Positions 60,106-64,000 of a stretch of 64,000 nucleotides of DNA are shown here, piece after piece. The stretch spans positions 1,376,001 to 1,440,000 of the forward strand of contig CAWCYI010000004.1 in the NCBI GenBank assembly GCA_963799845.1. Direction: 5' to 3'. Position numbers and translations under genes: made by a program. The notes under the pieces were generated by a model. It was not told the DNA's origin and made no database searches. It saw only the letters and a list, made by a program, of their open reading frames with translations. Origin of the DNA: an uncultured Nitrososphaerota archaeon. Lineage in GTDB: Archaea > Thermoproteota > Nitrososphaeria > Nitrososphaerales > CADDZS01. The first letter of the stretch is position 1. The number at the start of each line of letters is the position of its first letter.

Positions 60106-60152
60106 AATTTCAATTCTTATCAAAATTTGCAAGTTTAGGCCAGGGGTATCCC

Positions 60153-62209
60153 CTACATAGCATCGAGTCTCTTTGCAACGAACTCTGAAGTCCTCTTCGA
60201 CATTGACATTATGGTAATCATCGGGTTTGCACCAAGCGTCGTAGGGAAAACTGAAGCATCCGCTATGAACAAGTTTCTCATTCCCAGTAGCTCTCCTTCC
60301 ACGCTTACTGCAGCAAGAGATTCATCAGCGCCCATTCTGCAGGATCCCATGATATGAGCGCTGAAGAGCATGAGTCTATTTGGCGCGATGCCCCTTTTTT
60401 CTACCAAGTCGTTGAACCGATCGAGCTCTTTCTGCGATAGAGAAGTACTTCCCTTTGGAGCATCTACTTCTAGAAGATCGGAGTGCAGAGTCGAGAGACC
60501 CTTTGCCCCAGCCGCAGCCAGTATCCTTCCAGTTTCCTTAATCCCTTGGACCATGTTCCTTCTATCTCTTTCTTCAAGCTCGTAATTTACAATTGCAGAG
60601 CCGTGCTTATCGACACCAACACTTCCGCTACTCCATTCTCTTAGAAGGACAATATTGGCAGTTGAATGATTAAATCGCTCTCGCATGAAATCCTTATGTC
60701 TGCGTCCATCGGGCCAGGGAGCACTTAGTGCGAAGAGTCCGGGATGAGCTGGTGCCGCCTCCATCCAGAACCCGTGACTCGTGCCATTGAGGTTCAGATA
60801 CTTTGTAACAACGACAGTTTGCGGTGGACCGTCCCACGTCCTAACTTCTTGCTCGAAAAGTCCGGACACGGCCGTCGTCGGATGAAGCTTCAGCCTCTTA
60901 CCAATGTTTTTCCCTTTTATTCCCGAGTTCAGGAGAAGGACGGGCGTCTTTACTGAACCGCACGCAAGAACGACAACCTTCGCGCGAATCCGGATGTTGA
61001 TGGTTTTGCCATTACGAGATGTTCTGGCTTCAATTCCCTTCGCCGCTCCTTGTTCCACTACTATCATTTCGACTTTTGTGTCGAAAAGAAATCGTGCTCC
61101 GTTCTTGAATGCCATGGGTAGATAGTTCATGATTGTTGATTGTTTGCAGGAATAGACGCACCCATACGTGCAATACGCGCATCTTTCTCTACAGTCCACG
61201 GCATCCCTCCAGATTCGTTCAAAATCCAGGCCCTCATTGTATCCGAGAGCTTGGCATCCTCTCAACAGTGCTTCGTTGTTGAAGTTCAACTGACTCTCGT
61301 TCAGGTTGACCTTCAAGAGCTTCCAGATCTCTTCGACATTCGAATTGAATTCTTTACCTGTGAGGCCTACGATTCCGAATTCTTGCTCCCAATTTTTCAA
61401 AACATCCGAAGGAGGTCTGATACATGTCATCCAGTTAACGGTCGTTCCTCCTCCAGCGCCTCTCCCAGATAGAAGAACAAATGAGAGATCCCTTGTCGCA
61501 GCAGTCCCATACTCATCGAAGAGCTTACTCATCATAGAAGCTCTCCCTGGTCAAAAGAATCTGCCGTGGCGTACGGACCTGACTCCACAACGAGGACAGC
61601 GAATCCTCTTTTGCTCAGTTCAAATGCAGCCACGCTTCCTCCCGCTCCTGAGCCTACCACGCAAACGTCGCATTCCAGAGTTTGATCTTTCTCGGGTATG
61701 GTCGGATCTATCTTGAGATCTTGCGGGTGGCCGAGGTGCATCCTGGTTTGGGGTCCCGGATATTCTATTTCGCTCCAGTTCGGATTTGATCCTTTTTCAT
61801 CTGCAATCGCGTAGAATAAGAAGCAGACAAGTCTCTTTAGAGCCTGAAAAGCCTGTCTTTTCGATCCAAGTGAGCTGTCTCTCCAGCTTGCAAGATATCT
61901 TGTTCTTTCCTCCCCAACCTTCAACTCGGAGAATTTTGTTGGTCTTCCGGTCAGAACGAGGTTGTAAAATCTGCTGTCTATGATAGAAAGCAGTCTCCGA
62001 AACTGTTCTCTCAGGGCAGGTTCGAGTCTCGTTTCGATCATCTCGGCTAGTGTCTTGTCCAATGCGAGATCCGTAGCGGAGCGCTCGTAGAATGCTTTCG
62101 TCTGTTCCGAGTAAGCTGGTGAAAAATCCTGAGTTACGCTTACCTTAGGTACAATCGTATCGCAGATAGCGGCTATCGTGCCTAGCTCTCGTTCCGTGAG
62201 ATCCATCAA
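60153..62209 (-). CDS. GMC oxidoreductase, long-chain fatty-alcohol-oxidase-like (frameshift near 61535)
   Basis: CDVCVVGSGAGG, GGGTTVNW, C..C.YGC, FSAHIMGSCRMG, DASVFPT..GANPM.T. Confidence 0.9.
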
Positions 62210-62316
62210 TCAACCGAAGATTGTATCAGTGCTAAAAGCATGTCTTATTAAAACCAAGGGATCAGCATTGCTGTATTTTGAAGCGCAACAAGATGGAAAT
62301 TAAGAAGCTTTAGATC

Positions 62317-62670
62317 CTAATTCTTGTTTAGATTCTCTTTTACCCTATACTTTACAATTTTCCGCACCATGGCAAATGGAATCGGTTTATCTATCGGAAA
62401 CTGGACTGTACCTCTTGCTACCTTGTACTGCGACAACTCTTTCTTGAATGCTTCAATACCTGATGAAGTGGGGTAGAATCCAATATGATTTTTGAACGCG
62501 CCGAAATGTACCAAGTTGCCATTTAGTTTGAATGTTGGTATTCGATAGCTGATCGCTTCTTGGGCTTCAGGGGCAGATTCTTTAATTGTTAGTCTAAGTT
62601 TTTCTAGAATATTTTGGACATTATCGGGGAACATGGAAATATATTCGTCTATGGTTTTGACTTGCTTCAT
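62317..62670 (-). CDS. DUF1801/YdhG family protein
   Basis: TIDEYI..FP, APEA.EAISY.IPTF, FKNHIGFYP, GTVQFP.DKP.P. Confidence 0.9.
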   Translation of the reverse strand: MKQVKTIDEYISMFPDNVQNILEKLRLTIKESAPEAQEAISYRIPTFKLNGNLVHFGAFKNHIGFYPTSSGIEAFKKELSQYKVARGTVQFPIDKPIPFAMVRKIVKYRVKENLNKN

Positions 62671-62680
62671 GTGCTACTTG

Positions 62681-64000
62681 TCACTCTTTCAAATCAGGAT
62701 CAAGACCATTCTTGATCAATACTTGGCGGTAGCGCGGATCTTTTCTTGCGCGTTCGAATAACGGCGAGTACCTGAAAACCATCGGATTGAAAACGTGTGT
62801 CTCCACGCACTTGAACATTGCATCAAAATATCCATCCGTATCACCTAGAAAGTATTTCATGTTGCCAACAAAGCGGTGGGCAGTAGCTTTGCCTTTGAAT
62901 TTCTGATTTAGTATCGTAATTGTTTCCTCCGCTTTTTTCCTGTCTCCGGTTAACGCCGATAGATATCCGCGCATGACGATCACTATGATATCTTCGGGCC
63001 GCGACCTTTCCATGAATTCAATTTCCTTTTCAGCCGCTTGATAGTCAGCTTTGATCAGATAGTAATCTGCCTTAATTCGGGAAGCTTCAAACGGATCGAT
63101 GAGACGGTTCTTGGTCCAGATGTCCTCCGCCTCCTTCTCCAGACCCATGAACACGTACATATGTCCCAGAAAACGGATCGGCACCGGATCCAGAGGATCA
63201 AGCTCATTAGCAGTTTCAAAGTTCCTGATTGCTTCATTTGGATACCCGTTCGTTGCCTTGATTAATGCAAGCATGGTATACCCATCAGAAGAACTGGGAT
63301 TGAGCTCTATCGCGAGCTTTGCTTCCTTTTCATCCGTGGCGAGATCATCTTCCACCCACGCAATCTTGGAAAGAAGCGAATGAACTTCTGCCAAGTCGGG
63401 ATTGGTGTCAACCGCTCTCTTCGCAGCCGAACGTGCCCCGGCCACCGACTCCTCGTAAGTCAGAAGACTCTTTGCCCCAAGCTCAATGTATGTCGAGCCC
63501 ATGTAGACGTAGGCACGTGTAAATGAAGGATCTAGTTTGACGGCTTCCACAAATAGGGCAAGGGCTTCGCGCAAGGAGCTTTCAGTCTTTTGATAGGTCA
63601 GCTGTCTCAGCTCTGAGAAAGTACGAGTATGCCGTGATATTATCTGTGTCTCTTTCCTGAGAGAAAGGAATTTTTTCATTTGTCACGCTGCTGGGCAGCG
63701 ATTTGACTATGCTGGAAGCGATGTCGCTCTGAACAGCAAATATGTCGTCAAGATCCTTGTCGTATCTGGAGGACCACAAGTGTTCCTCGGTTGCAGCGTC
63801 AATCAACTGTGCGGTGACCCTGATCCTGTTACCAGCTTTTCTCACACTGCCTTCTACAAGAGTTTGTACCCCAAGCTCACTTCCGATTTCAGATGCTTTT
63901 CTATCCTTCTTCTTGTAGTTCATTACCGATGTTCGCGCGATCACCCTCAACCCCTTCACCTGGGACAGGCGATCGATAATTTCTTCGGTCATTCCGTCGG
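62681..64000 (-). CDS. TolB-N-like + TPR protein (typical C-terminal part of class III cyclase/kinase fusions); frameshift near 63610; runs off window end
   Basis: DGMTEEII..LS...GLRVIARTSVM.YK, EGSVRKAGNRIRVTAQLID, DIFAVQSDIA, followed by TPR repeats. Confidence 0.88.

Noticed and set aside
59940-61537. TGA read-through (selenocysteine/recoding) at 59943 and 61532
   Set aside because: The downstream homologous sequence is in a different frame, so these are indels rather than in-frame stops.

Overview
Gene-dense archaeal chromosome segment. The gene repertoire (archaeal-type GlyA, DUF996/DUF973 zinc-ribbon membrane proteins, double-wHTH Lrp regulator, TolB-N/TPR protein), frequent TTG starts and TATA boxes ~24-26 nt before leaderless starts suggest a deep-branching, probably heterotrophic Nitrososphaerota-like archaeon (inference). 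About 60 CDS. Roughly 14 of them are split by single-base indels, including housekeeping glyA, which most likely reflects long-read assembly errors. Recognisable genes include glyA, coaBC, a DAHP synthase, dhaK/dhaL, tag, a GltD-like oxidoreductase, GH15, an intact AbrB-PIN toxin-antitoxin pair and an orphan DNA methyltransferase. I found no CRISPR array, rRNA, canonical tRNA, integrase or complete transposase. The most notable observations are: (1) a 157-nt tRNA-mimicking structured element (acceptor stem and T-loop, no D-arm, long G-U-rich helix) at 1091-1247; (2) a six-gene catabolic island of unknown substrate (YhfX-type PLP enzyme, enolase-family dehydratase, APC permease, RraA-type aldolase, hydantoinase/oxoprolinase AB); (3) two vapBC loci disarmed in the same way by near-total toxin deletion; (4) convergent dhaL/dhaK without dhaM; (5) several micro-proteins and operator arrays missed by the ORF track.
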